From the IMG/VR virus record IMGVR_UViG_3300011547_000001: 43,934 bases of DNA; one strand, written 5' to 3'. Positions within the stretch are counted from its first letter, which is position 1, and the number at the start of each line of letters is the position of its first letter. Shown one piece after another: positions 35,385 to 43,906 of this stretch. The notes beneath the pieces are model-generated. The model did not search any database. It saw only the letters and a list, made by a program, of their open reading frames with translations, and was not told the DNA's origin. The position numbers and the translations under genes are program-made. This stretch comes from an uncultured virus (IMG/VR IMGVR_UViG_3300011547_000001). Its lineage: Duplodnaviria; Heunggongvirae; Uroviricota; Caudoviricetes.

Positions 35385-36359
35385 TCATTGTTCCTTCTTG
35401 ATACGGACGTAATAGGGTGCTGTGTGCGAGGAGGAGTAAGGTACGATTTCGGCTTCCTTACCTTCGAAAACAGCTGGGTTATTTCGGACAACGTGGTCCT
35501 TAGCTTCTTGCAAAGCCTGTGACCAAGATTGTGCTGGATCATGATCATCCTTACCTGTCATCTGTGCCGTATAGGTGATCTTGGTGGCTCGCCATTCCAA
35601 CCAGTCGCGATTGACGGCGAACTGATTGATACCCGAGGGATGAATGATCGGCGGAGGTGGAGACTGGGTGTCGAGACCGAACAGGTGCGGGTATTCACGG
35701 ACAGTGTCGGTAGCCAGCTGACGAACGTCTTCAGATGTGAGAAGAGGAATGACCGGTGTCTTGAATGGCATCTCCGCAGCTTCTTGTTGAGGACCACCGA
35801 AAGCAAGCCACCACTTCTTACGGTCGTCTGGTGTCATGAAATGATCGAGTTCTTCAAGGGTCTTGGCGTCGATCGCATAAAGGGATTTGATGCTGGCAAA
35901 CCCCTCCGGCGCTTCAGTCCTCTCGACAATACCACCAAGGAACCCTGACGCAAAACTGTCAGCAAACCCTTCCGGGACTTTGATGTCATTCAGATGATCG
36001 AAATACCACTTCTTGTTCTGGAGGCATTCACGAACTGCCTCACGAAGCAAGTGCCGAAGCAACTTGTGATTTTCGAAGGCTGGATTGAGCACGGTGATCA
36101 ACCCGCCCACGGTGATCTGTGCGACCGGCGCCGGAGATACGTCGAACGCGTAGAAGGTAACGACTGGACGTTCAATGCCATCGACGTCCATCAGCCACAC
36201 ACGGGTGAACGCATTGGCACGAATGCAGGTATGCTGAAGCTTCCACGAGCCACGGAGACTCTCCAATGCGTCGTAGAGTTCTTCCATCGAGAGTTCGTCC
36301 TTCAAGAAACGATCAGGATCGAACTCGATTTCTATTCCATTAACAAGGTAAGTCATCAC
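35385..36359 (-). CDS. 324-aa protein: N-terminal domain paralogous to 36368-36655, C-terminal WxxW module
   Basis: VTFYAFDVSPAPV and PPPIIHPSGINQFAVNRDWLEW. Confidence 0.85.
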   Translation of the reverse strand: MMTYLVNGIEIEFDPDRFLKDELSMEELYDALESLRGSWKLQHTCIRANAFTRVWLMDVDGIERPVVTFYAFDVSPAPVAQITVGGLITVLNPAFENHKLLRHLLREAVRECLQNKKWYFDHLNDIKVPEGFADSFASGFLGGIVERTEAPEGFASIKSLYAIDAKTLEELDHFMTPDDRKKWWLAFGGPQQEAAEMPFKTPVIPLLTSEDVRQLATDTVREYPHLFGLDTQSPPPPIIHPSGINQFAVNRDWLEWRATKITYTAQMTGKDDHDPAQSWSQALQEAKDHVVRNNPAVFEGKEAEIVPYSSSHTAPYYVRIKKEQ

Positions 36360-36367
36360 CCATCCTC

Positions 36368-36655
36368 CTAGTCGAAAACGAAATTGGCACAGAAGATAGA
36401 GAGCATTTCCCTAACTTCCTCTTCGGTGATTTGTGCGGAGAAGATCAGAACTTTCACCTCTCCGTCACCCACCGAACGATACACTCGGCCCAAAGGATTA
36501 GGGCTCCGATTGAAGTCATAGAAGTGAACGGCCATTGGGAGACGACCACCCACTTCACGCTTTGCCATGACGATTCGGTGACGGGTAAGGGTGTTGGTGT
36601 AAATATCAAGCTCAAGACGCTCAACCCGTGCAAACAACTCCTCGATGGTCAACAT
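36368..36655 (-). CDS. Hypothetical protein
   Basis: LTIEELF...VHFYDFNRSPNPL. Confidence 0.8.
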   Translation of the reverse strand: MLTIEELFARVERLELDIYTNTLTRHRIVMAKREVGGRLPMAVHFYDFNRSPNPLGRVYRSVGDGEVKVLIFSAQITEEEVREMLSIFCANFVFD

Positions 36656-36665
36656 TTCTTCTTCC

Positions 36666-36941
36666 TTAGAACTCAGTAATGGTGAATTCGTTAACCTCGG
36701 TGAAACGAAGACCGTTCATGAAGTCTTCGGCGATCTCGGCCTTGGTAATGAAACCGTTCTCGACGGTGATCACCAACTCGTGGTCAGGCGAGTTCTCGAT
36801 CTTCCGATGAACAACGACTTTAGGACCGCCCAACACCCCCAGCACATTCAGTGCACGGGTATCGACGTCACGGACATCGGTCTCTGCCTTTGCACGATAA
36901 CGCCAGGTGTCTTTGTATTTGAAGAACTTGTAAGTAACCAT
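36666..36941 (-). CDS. Hypothetical protein
   Basis: 91 aa with an AAGGA RBS. Confidence 0.8.
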   Translation of the reverse strand: MVTYKFFKYKDTWRYRAKAETDVRDVDTRALNVLGVLGGPKVVVHRKIENSPDHELVITVENGFITKAEIAEDFMNGLRFTEVNEFTITEF

Positions 36942-36949
36942 CGGATTCC

Positions 36950-37354
36950 TTATTTCCGGTTATTGTCGGTAATCGAAATGACCTTAACTTCTAGATCGAA
37001 CATCAATGAACAGTGGTCATTGTCGATGTGGGTTGCGATGTGGGTGTAAGTATGCGCATGAAGGAATGTCCGCATGTCGGTTTGGAACCATTGCTTGTTG
37101 ATGCGGCAAACCCATTCACCGGCCTTACGTCCTTCATCGTAAGTAAAGGAGCACAAGACATCTACCGTGTGCTCGATGCGATCAACACCATTGATCACAC
37201 AAAGCGCTTCGCACAGCTGCCATTTACCAAACGTAAGCGCCTGCTCATACGACAACGCAGGGCGCTCCCGTTTAATGAAAAGAGCTGCAAGTCGCTCACC
37301 CATGCCCTTGGGGTAGTTGGGCTTAACCCATTCAGTTGCCATTGACGTATCCAT
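36950..37354 (-). CDS. Hypothetical protein
   Basis: 134 aa; start may be 37342. Confidence 0.75.
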   Translation of the reverse strand: MDTSMATEWVKPNYPKGMGERLAALFIKRERPALSYEQALTFGKWQLCEALCVINGVDRIEHTVDVLCSFTYDEGRKAGEWVCRINKQWFQTDMRTFLHAHTYTHIATHIDNDHCSLMFDLEVKVISITDNNRK

Positions 37355-37850
37355 GATCGATAGTGGTTGGATTCTTACCAGCTTCTTTGGCTAGTTTATC
37401 GGCTTCTTCGTTATCCGGGATGCCTGAGTGGGCAGGCACCTTGATGAACTTAACCTTGTTGACTGCCAGCAGTTCCAGCAGGATTTCCCACAGGTCACGG
37501 TTTTTCACCGGCTGTTGAGCCCGGGTGAGCCAACCAGTACGTCGCCAGCTGCGAGCCCACTTGGTAGCTACGTCGATGACAAACTGGGAGTCAATGTAAA
37601 TCTCGAAATGCTTACCTGGACCAAACTCTTCCAGGGTTGCAATAACTGCCATCGCTTCCATGCGATTGTTGGTCGTGTGAAAATAACCTTTAGAAAGAGT
37701 AGCTTTGGTTTCACCCAGTCGCACAATGGCGGCATAGCCGCCAGGTCCAGGGTTAGGCGAGGAGGAACCGTCCGTGTGGACTTTGTAGATTTCCTCGCCA
37801 GACGGTGGGCCATCCTTCTTTTTCGATCTTTGCTTCTTTGTCTTCGACAT
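37332..37850 (-). CDS. rnhA: Ribonuclease HI
   Basis: TDGSSSPNPGPGG, TTNNRMEAMA, IDSQFV, VKNRDLW and AHSG..DNEEADKLA. Confidence 0.95.
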   Translation of the reverse strand: MSKTKKQRSKKKDGPPSGEEIYKVHTDGSSSPNPGPGGYAAIVRLGETKATLSKGYFHTTNNRMEAMAVIATLEEFGPGKHFEIYIDSQFVIDVATKWARSWRRTGWLTRAQQPVKNRDLWEILLELLAVNKVKFIKVPAHSGIPDNEEADKLAKEAGKNPTTIDHGYVNGN

Positions 37851-38916
37851 AGGAATCCCCAACTTCTTTCAGTAGCTCGATGAGAGACAGTCGAGATACC
37901 ACGCTATCAACAACAAACCGAGTAGCCTCTTCCGGATACATTTGTTCCAGTACGAAGATCATCGCGTACACATTCGCGTAATTCTTGTCGTAGTGTTCAA
38001 CGAGTACGTCGAATTTCCACGAGTTGTCCAGACTGTCCCAGAGATCCTCATAACACGCTGTATCCAGACACAGCCTATAAGAGTCCGCTTCAGTGTGATA
38101 CAAGTGGAAGATACCGCCTGTAACTGAAATGGCTGCCCAGTCGAAACAACTCCTGATAGCAACCTGACGGCAGTCTGTGGCGACAACATTACCACCCATC
38201 ATTGTGGCATTGTTTACATAAATCTGGCCTTCCACACACTCCAGATTAACACCATTGATCTTGGAGTGGTCGATGCTGATGGTGGTTCTGGCCTTCAGCC
38301 GAGATGCCTTTATGGTGCTGGACGCCACAGTAACACTAGACGGTTCGTAATCCGTTAGGAGATGCGTGTCTTCGATATGGCAACCGTAAAAGAATGTGCT
38401 GAGCGGTCTGTTACTAGGCGTGACCACCCCCTTCAAATAGGACCCAATACAACTGGCCGAGAAGAAATCACCCTCTTCACCCTCAGACTTACAATCGATC
38501 ATAAGCGTGTCGACTAAGTCTGAATTTTCGCTAAACGTGTTCTCAATCAGACAGTCGCCAATGAACGTATCGTTGTAACTCGAGGAATTAACAATGAAGA
38601 CCTTGGCCTTCCCGTATTTCTCCATGGCCTCGTATTGAACAAGAGACCAGCGATTGGCATTAATCCTAACGTTGGAGCTGTGGTCAACATAAAGCTCAAC
38701 GGAGAACTTGCCTTCTGGTGACACGATCGTAATACCTTGCTCACTTATGGCAAGGTTGAACTGATATCGATCGAAAACACCACTGCCCATAGCCCGCATG
38801 ACGAAAGGGTTTTGAGGGATCACCGTGGTTTCGATAGGATTCAATGGAATCTCTATTACCTCTGCTTCTCGCGAAAGAGTAATAATGCTAACACGGCTTT
38901 CATTAACTTGCTGCAT
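37753..38916 (-). CDS. Hypothetical protein with beta-helix-like repeats, paralog of 38979-40610
   Basis: C-terminal FVVDSVVSRLSLIELL; Ser/Thr/Ile periodic repeats. Confidence 0.85.
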   Translation of the reverse strand: MQQVNESRVSIITLSREAEVIEIPLNPIETTVIPQNPFVMRAMGSGVFDRYQFNLAISEQGITIVSPEGKFSVELYVDHSSNVRINANRWSLVQYEAMEKYGKAKVFIVNSSSYNDTFIGDCLIENTFSENSDLVDTLMIDCKSEGEEGDFFSASCIGSYLKGVVTPSNRPLSTFFYGCHIEDTHLLTDYEPSSVTVASSTIKASRLKARTTISIDHSKINGVNLECVEGQIYVNNATMMGGNVVATDCRQVAIRSCFDWAAISVTGGIFHLYHTEADSYRLCLDTACYEDLWDSLDNSWKFDVLVEHYDKNYANVYAMIFVLEQMYPEEATRFVVDSVVSRLSLIELLKEVGDSYVEDKEAKIEKEGWPTVWRGNLQSPHGRFLLA

Positions 38917-38937
38917 AAAGAATCCCTCATAAAGAAT

Positions 38938-38966
38938 AACCTGGTGGGCGTAAAGCCCACCAGGTT
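38938..38966 (-). terminator. Strong hairpin, probable terminator
   Basis: aacctggtgggc-gtaaa-gcccaccaggtt followed by ATCTTT. Confidence 0.75.
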
Positions 38967-38978
38967 ACAGGTTGGTTA

Positions 38979-40610
38979 TTACAGTTCGTAAGCACTGAAC
39001 CATTCGTTGTCGAACGGCTGATGCGTGTAGTCACGAACAACGGTCTCGGCGGCCGCCAGGATGTTGATCACGCTCAGGCGAGAAACGATCGAGTCGACGA
39101 CGTAGTCTTCGATGCTCTGATCGATCAGGTTGGTAGGAACACCGCTGTTGTCCCGCTCTTGCCACATCGAGGCGATCTTGCGGACGGTCTTGCGGATCTC
39201 GTCCTCGTCTGCGCTCAGCGGGAACTTCATTGCGTTGCTGTGATAGAAATACAGCCCCATGGTGTCCTTGTCGAGACGCACCAGCGACAAATCTTCGCCA
39301 TGGTTCGGCGAAGTGATCTTGGCCACGGCGAACTTGTTGTTCATGAACAGGGCGGGCGCCTGGATCTCTTCACGACGGCTGGAGAAACCGTGGTGTTTGA
39401 ACCCCTCCTGGATAACGAAACGGCTGTCGTAGATCTGGCCACCCTTCACCGAGATGTCACGGCCCTCGATGTAGGTGCCGACGACGTAGGTGTTGGTCAG
39501 CCGGGCGGTCTGGTTGGCCTGGATGGTCGAGTCAGTCACAGTCGAACGATGAACGAAAGCGCCCTTGGAAAGCTTGGCGTTTTCCACGGAAGCATGGCGC
39601 AGACGAACGCAGTCGAACTTGTGACGCTGGTCGGCATTGAAGGTGACGAAAATGGGGTTACCATCTTCGTCGTAACGCGACGGACGACGCTCGTTGATGC
39701 TACCCCAGCGAGAAGGGCCTTGCTCGTGGGAACTGGCGATCAACGAGGAATTGTTGAACACGCCGGCTTTGGAGTCGATGTTGCGCAGCAGGTTGGAACC
39801 GATGAACACGTCATCGACGCTGACCGAGTTCTCCAGAACAGCACTGGAGATGTTGAGACCAGCACGATGACCACGGATGCAGGTGTAATCAGCACCGGTA
39901 TCGGCGTTGATATCACGGCGGTTGATGATCACGCTGGATTTGTCATCCAGCAAGAAGCTGATCTGCACGCCGTCGATGATGCCGTTGAACGCAGTGTGGG
40001 TGCCTACACCGGCACTGGCCTTATACAGCACGCCGCGGAAAGGAGAACCGGCTTGGCCGTTTTCACGCCAGTGGTAGTTGTCTTGGGAGTAATGAATAGC
40101 TCCCTCCACTGGTTTCAGCTGAACGCCATGGATGACCACGAATGGTGGTTCCAGTTGGGCGATTTCCTGCGAGGTGAGGACCTTGACTTCAGGGGAGTAC
40201 TGACCCTGGGAGTCGATGCTGGTAGCGCCGATCGGAGCGTAGGCCCAGGGCATCTTCTCAGCGGTGAATTCCGGGGTCGGGTTGAACGAGAAGGGCGAAG
40301 CTTTCCGCTGTTTACCGCCACGGGGGATTCTGTCGCCACCCTGGCGTTGCAGATCCCACAGCGCCTTCTGCGCACCCTCGCGCACCTGCTCGATGGTGTT
40401 CAGGGCATTGGCCACGGACTCCTGCATGACCTTCTTCGAGTCGTCTTCTGCTGGTGCAGCGGCGGTGGCGGCAACGGTTTCCACCACAGGCTTGGGCTTG
40501 GCCAGCTTTTCCTTCATGGGCACCACGTTGTCTTTTGGGGGTTCAGCCTTGACGGCGGGCTTGGCCGCAACAACCGGTTTAACTTCGGCCACAGCTTCTA
40601 CTTTAGCCAT
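38979..40610 (-). CDS. Hypothetical protein with an Ala/Lys/Pro-rich N-terminus and beta-helix-like repeats
   Basis: AAGGAG RBS; C-terminal YVVDSIVSRLSVINIL. Confidence 0.9.
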   Translation of the reverse strand: MAKVEAVAEVKPVVAAKPAVKAEPPKDNVVPMKEKLAKPKPVVETVAATAAAPAEDDSKKVMQESVANALNTIEQVREGAQKALWDLQRQGGDRIPRGGKQRKASPFSFNPTPEFTAEKMPWAYAPIGATSIDSQGQYSPEVKVLTSQEIAQLEPPFVVIHGVQLKPVEGAIHYSQDNYHWRENGQAGSPFRGVLYKASAGVGTHTAFNGIIDGVQISFLLDDKSSVIINRRDINADTGADYTCIRGHRAGLNISSAVLENSVSVDDVFIGSNLLRNIDSKAGVFNNSSLIASSHEQGPSRWGSINERRPSRYDEDGNPIFVTFNADQRHKFDCVRLRHASVENAKLSKGAFVHRSTVTDSTIQANQTARLTNTYVVGTYIEGRDISVKGGQIYDSRFVIQEGFKHHGFSSRREEIQAPALFMNNKFAVAKITSPNHGEDLSLVRLDKDTMGLYFYHSNAMKFPLSADEDEIRKTVRKIASMWQERDNSGVPTNLIDQSIEDYVVDSIVSRLSVINILAAAETVVRDYTHQPFDNEWFSAYEL

Positions 40611-42552
40611 TCGATACAACTCCTTTTACGTGCTGGATGAGTGAATCAATACTTTCGAAGGCGGTACCATCTACCATAGTGATACCGTTTTCAGTTGCTT
40701 TTAACACTTTCGCTTTGCCTGGCTTTTCTCCTGTGATGAGCACTTGGCAATCGTTGGTGAGTTTGTCCACCAGTTCAATGCCGTTATCACCGAAGTAGTT
40801 GATAAGAGTAACTCTGGATTGTCCCAGCTCGCCTGTTACGCAGACCTTGATTTCGTGATCAGGTCCTTGTTGGCTAGCGGTGATCTCCATTTCCATGAGG
40901 ATGCCGTGAGCGTTTTCCTCAAAGTCCCAGTCGTTGAAGGCCGCTGCAATGGGGAGAGCCAGCCCAACACCGAACCCTGGGATCTTAACGATCTCCTCGG
41001 CCAACACCAGCCAGTCAGTGATGTCCGGATAGAGATCCTTAGGCCATGCCTTCACCAACTTCTTGGCACGCCCCAAATGGATGTTAGGAAGCCCCAAGGC
41101 AACCAGCACACGCTCCATGGGTTGTTTCTTGGCCTGGTTGATCAGATCAACGATCTTCTGGCTCACGTTGTACTCGTGAAGTCTGAGGATATCACTGGTC
41201 GATTTAATCGAACGGTTGTTGATCAGCTTGGTAAGGGTTACAGGGCCCAGACCGTCGATATCCAGGCAGCGCTTGTGAACAAACGCCAGGCACCGTGCTA
41301 ACAACTGTGCCTCGCAGCTCAGGGTGTTCTCACAGTAGAGATCGGCGCTGGTCTTGGTCACCTTAAGGGTCAGCGGGGAACCGCAGCTAGGACACTCTGT
41401 AGGCGCTTCAAACGGCTCTCCGACGCCCTGCTCGACTACACCGCTCACCTGGGGGATGACGTCACCATTCCGAGTGATCGAAACAATGGAGTCACGCCTT
41501 AGCCCAAGTTCCATGAACTCGCGGTAGTTGTGCAACGAAGCGCGACTGCATTTCACACCGCCGATGTTTACGGTGGCGTAAATACCGGTTGGGGTAAGTG
41601 CACCCGTCTTACCCGTACTCCAGACCACATCGCCAAACGGAGTGGTGTGTTCTTGGTCTGGGAACTTGTAGGCAACAGCCCACTTAGGCTCCCTGGAGTT
41701 ACCCCCCAGCTTCTTCTGATGCTCAAGGTTATCCACCTTAAGTACGATGCCATCAGTCGGCCAGTTGGTCAGACCATTATTGTTCCTGATGTCGTCCATG
41801 GTAGCCAAGGGAGCTGGCCTGAATCGCGCACCTTCCCATTGCTTACGCAGATCTTTGTAACTGGTCTGTTTCAGATTGTCCTTGGAGCCGTAGATGAAGA
41901 AGTTCAGTTGTCCGATAACTTCTTTGTCTTGGTTCTCCGGGAGGGAGCGCACCCACCCCNNNNNNNNNNTAGCCCGTGGCTTCTCGGCAGCCTCGTTGTA
42001 GAGCTGGAAGAACTCGTAGCTGCAAACACCTTCACCAGTAACGTAGTAGTCATCTGGCCACGAGGTAGGAATGGTTCTTGGCAGATCCCAGTCGTTGAAC
42101 AGGTGGATCGCGTGAGTGATGTCTTCCCCCACCATGCCGTCCCCACGCGTAACGCCGGAATAAAGCTTGTGGTTGAGGTAACGGAACCGCAATGCGAGTC
42201 CGTCCATCTTGTATTCTTCGCACAAAGGCTCCACGACACCCACGTCGTCGGTGAAACGGTTAACCTCTTCCTCGGTGAAAACCTTCCTGAGGCTGAGCAT
42301 GGGGTCTTTGAATTCGACCAGGGTCAGTCCAGCGCCTGTGGGAGCATGGATTGGGACTGGCTTGTTGTGGATTTCGAACAGCTCGGTCAGCTCTGGATAT
42401 TGATCTTCCAGTTCACGCCACCGTTTGACCAACGCGTCGTAAGCAGCATCGGTAATTTCCGGCTTATCTTCGACGTGATACTTGTGGGCGTGATACGCGA
42501 TTTGATCACTCAATCGCTGCATCTCTTCCATTAATTCTTTACGTTCGCTCAT
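40603..42552 (-). CDS. ligA: NAD-dependent DNA ligase
   Basis: Y(H)..DKPEITDAAYD, PMLSL, EYKMDG, TRGDG..GEDIT, DGIVLK, PKWAVAYKF, GDVIP, CPSC zinc finger and BRCT VCVTG. Confidence 0.97.
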   Translation of the reverse strand: MSERKELMEEMQRLSDQIAYHAHKYHVEDKPEITDAAYDALVKRWRELEDQYPELTELFEIHNKPVPIHAPTGAGLTLVEFKDPMLSLRKVFTEEEVNRFTDDVGVVEPLCEEYKMDGLALRFRYLNHKLYSGVTRGDGMVGEDITHAIHLFNDWDLPRTIPTSWPDDYYVTGEGVCSYEFFQLYNEAAEKPRAXXXXGWVRSLPENQDKEVIGQLNFFIYGSKDNLKQTSYKDLRKQWEGARFRPAPLATMDDIRNNNGLTNWPTDGIVLKVDNLEHQKKLGGNSREPKWAVAYKFPDQEHTTPFGDVVWSTGKTGALTPTGIYATVNIGGVKCSRASLHNYREFMELGLRRDSIVSITRNGDVIPQVSGVVEQGVGEPFEAPTECPSCGSPLTLKVTKTSADLYCENTLSCEAQLLARCLAFVHKRCLDIDGLGPVTLTKLINNRSIKSTSDILRLHEYNVSQKIVDLINQAKKQPMERVLVALGLPNIHLGRAKKLVKAWPKDLYPDITDWLVLAEEIVKIPGFGVGLALPIAAAFNDWDFEENAHGILMEMEITASQQGPDHEIKVCVTGELGQSRVTLINYFGDNGIELVDKLTNDCQVLITGEKPGKAKVLKATENGITMVDGTAFESIDSLIQHVKGVVSNG

Positions 42553-42589
42553 GGCAACCTCGTTTCAAAAATAGTAAAGCAGCTATAAG

Positions 42590-42627
42590 GCTAGCCGCCA
42601 GGGGGTTGCCCACCCTGGCGGTTTAGC
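42590..42627 (-). terminator. Hairpin, probable terminator
   Basis: ccgccaggg...ccctggcgg inverted repeat after the NTase genes. Confidence 0.6.
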
Positions 42628-42629
42628 AA

Positions 42630-43070
42630 TTACGCACGGACCTTGTTCTTTTCGTACAGCACGGCTTCGAGTTGCCTGATGTCCAACAGATCTTGTTCAC
42701 GCTTTTCGATCGGACGTCGCACTTCCATGTAACCGCCGCGCTTGTGGATCATGAGGGTCAGTGGATCGAAGACCTGAACACCACCAGCCCACACGCTTTT
42801 GAAGTAGCGGTTCCGCTTGCGCACGTAGATCTTTTCTTCGGGGATCGCTACCACCGTGTCCGCCATGGGGTGACAAATAACTTTGTGGTAATCGGCGATC
42901 TTGGTGAAGTACGGCTCGTCGACCCAAACGTTCAGGTCTTGAGTGGATTCCCGCAAATCCATACAGACAAGAGCCCCACCGCCGCCGACACAAATCTGGT
43001 CGGCTGGAACTCCGTAACCGCCGCGTAACACAGCGAGTTTGGTGACAATATCGTAGGGAGAATCAAACAT
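42630..43070 (-). CDS. Nucleotidyltransferase-fold protein (DxN variant)
   Basis: VGGGGALVCMDLRESTQDLNVWV...KREQDLLDI. Confidence 0.8.
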   Translation of the reverse strand: MFDSPYDIVTKLAVLRGGYGVPADQICVGGGGALVCMDLRESTQDLNVWVDEPYFTKIADYHKVICHPMADTVVAIPEEKIYVRKRNRYFKSVWAGGVQVFDPLTLMIHKRGGYMEVRRPIEKREQDLLDIRQLEAVLYEKNKVRA

Positions 43071-43079
43071 GGTTTACCT

Positions 43080-43520
43080 TTAACTCAGTACGCTGGCTGT
43101 GAATTTCTGTTCTTTCATGACTTCCTCAAGGCGCGCGATATCCTTGAGGTCCTGGTCCCGTTTGGCAGACGGACGCCGATCCAATGCCGCCAAATGGCGT
43201 TTCTGGACCAACAGTGAATTCGGGCTGTAGCACCACACCCCGGAGATCTTCACCACGCCAGCATCTTCGTCACGGATGTGGAAGTCCACATCTTCGGCGT
43301 AGTTGATCAGAGGGTTGAGGTTGGTGGCGGTGGTGACTTTGCGACCACGCGCAGCCCAGTTAAACGTGCCCTTGCTTACGTCCAGATCGAGGTCTTCCGC
43401 CTCTTCCCGGACACCCATCATGACCAGCGCGCCGCCGGCACTCAGGATGATATCCTGAGGCTCCTCCTCCAGCTCACGAACGACTTCGAAATAACGAGCC
43501 ATCACTTGCGACTTGTTCAT
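43080..43520 (-). CDS. Nucleotidyltransferase (Pol-beta superfamily, AbiEii/MNT-like)
   Basis: SAGGALVMMGVREEAEDLDLDV...VDFH...KRDQDLKDI. Confidence 0.85.
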   Translation of the reverse strand: MNKSQVMARYFEVVRELEEEPQDIILSAGGALVMMGVREEAEDLDLDVSKGTFNWAARGRKVTTATNLNPLINYAEDVDFHIRDEDAGVVKISGVWCYSPNSLLVQKRHLAALDRRPSAKRDQDLKDIARLEEVMKEQKFTASVLS

Positions 43521-43537
43521 AACAGAATCCCTGTGTG

Positions 43538-43792
43538 TTAGTGTATTGTGTTGTTCAGGTAGTGAATGATATTCTCGATGCTCCGAATGTTCACTTCAAC
43601 AAACGCATGGTAACTAACGATCATTTGACCGGAAGCATCGAAGTACAGCACCGCTTGGTTTACCCCTGCAAAACCCAACATACCGGTTTTACCGTCTGGA
43701 GTGATCTGGGTCGTGATGATCGCCACACCTTCGCCTTGTGGGTGGGGGATCAGCGACCCGTCATTTTGTTGCGTAACATTAATCTGATTCAT
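43538..43792 (-). CDS. Hypothetical early protein
   Basis: GAGGA RBS before ATG 43792; first gene after P8. Confidence 0.75.
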   Translation of the reverse strand: MNQINVTQQNDGSLIPHPQGEGVAIITTQITPDGKTGMLGFAGVNQAVLYFDASGQMIVSYHAFVEVNIRSIENIIHYLNNTIH

Positions 43793-43850
43793 AATCCGTA
43801 TCCTCTTTTGGGGGTAATCGCTAAAATGTTGCTGAACGAGAACAACCAAA

Positions 43851-43883
43851 AGAGCCCGGAAGATGAAAGATCATCCAGACTCT
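43851..43883 (-). terminator. Hairpin with a U-rich tail just downstream of P8
   Basis: Minus strand agagtctgga...tccgggctct followed by TTTGGTTGTT. Confidence 0.55.
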
Positions 43884-43888
43884 ACTCA

Positions 43889-43906
43889 ATAGTAATATAG
43901 GTTTAA
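43889..43906 (-). promoter_or_regulatory. Early promoter P8
   Basis: Minus strand TTAAACCTATATTACTAT. Confidence 0.8.

Noticed and set aside
7780..42534. Long plus-strand ORFs (e.g. 7780-8769, 15480-16598, 19634-20917, 39021-40640, 41530-42534)
   Set aside because: They are antisense shadows of codon-biased minus-strand genes and show no recognisable motifs.
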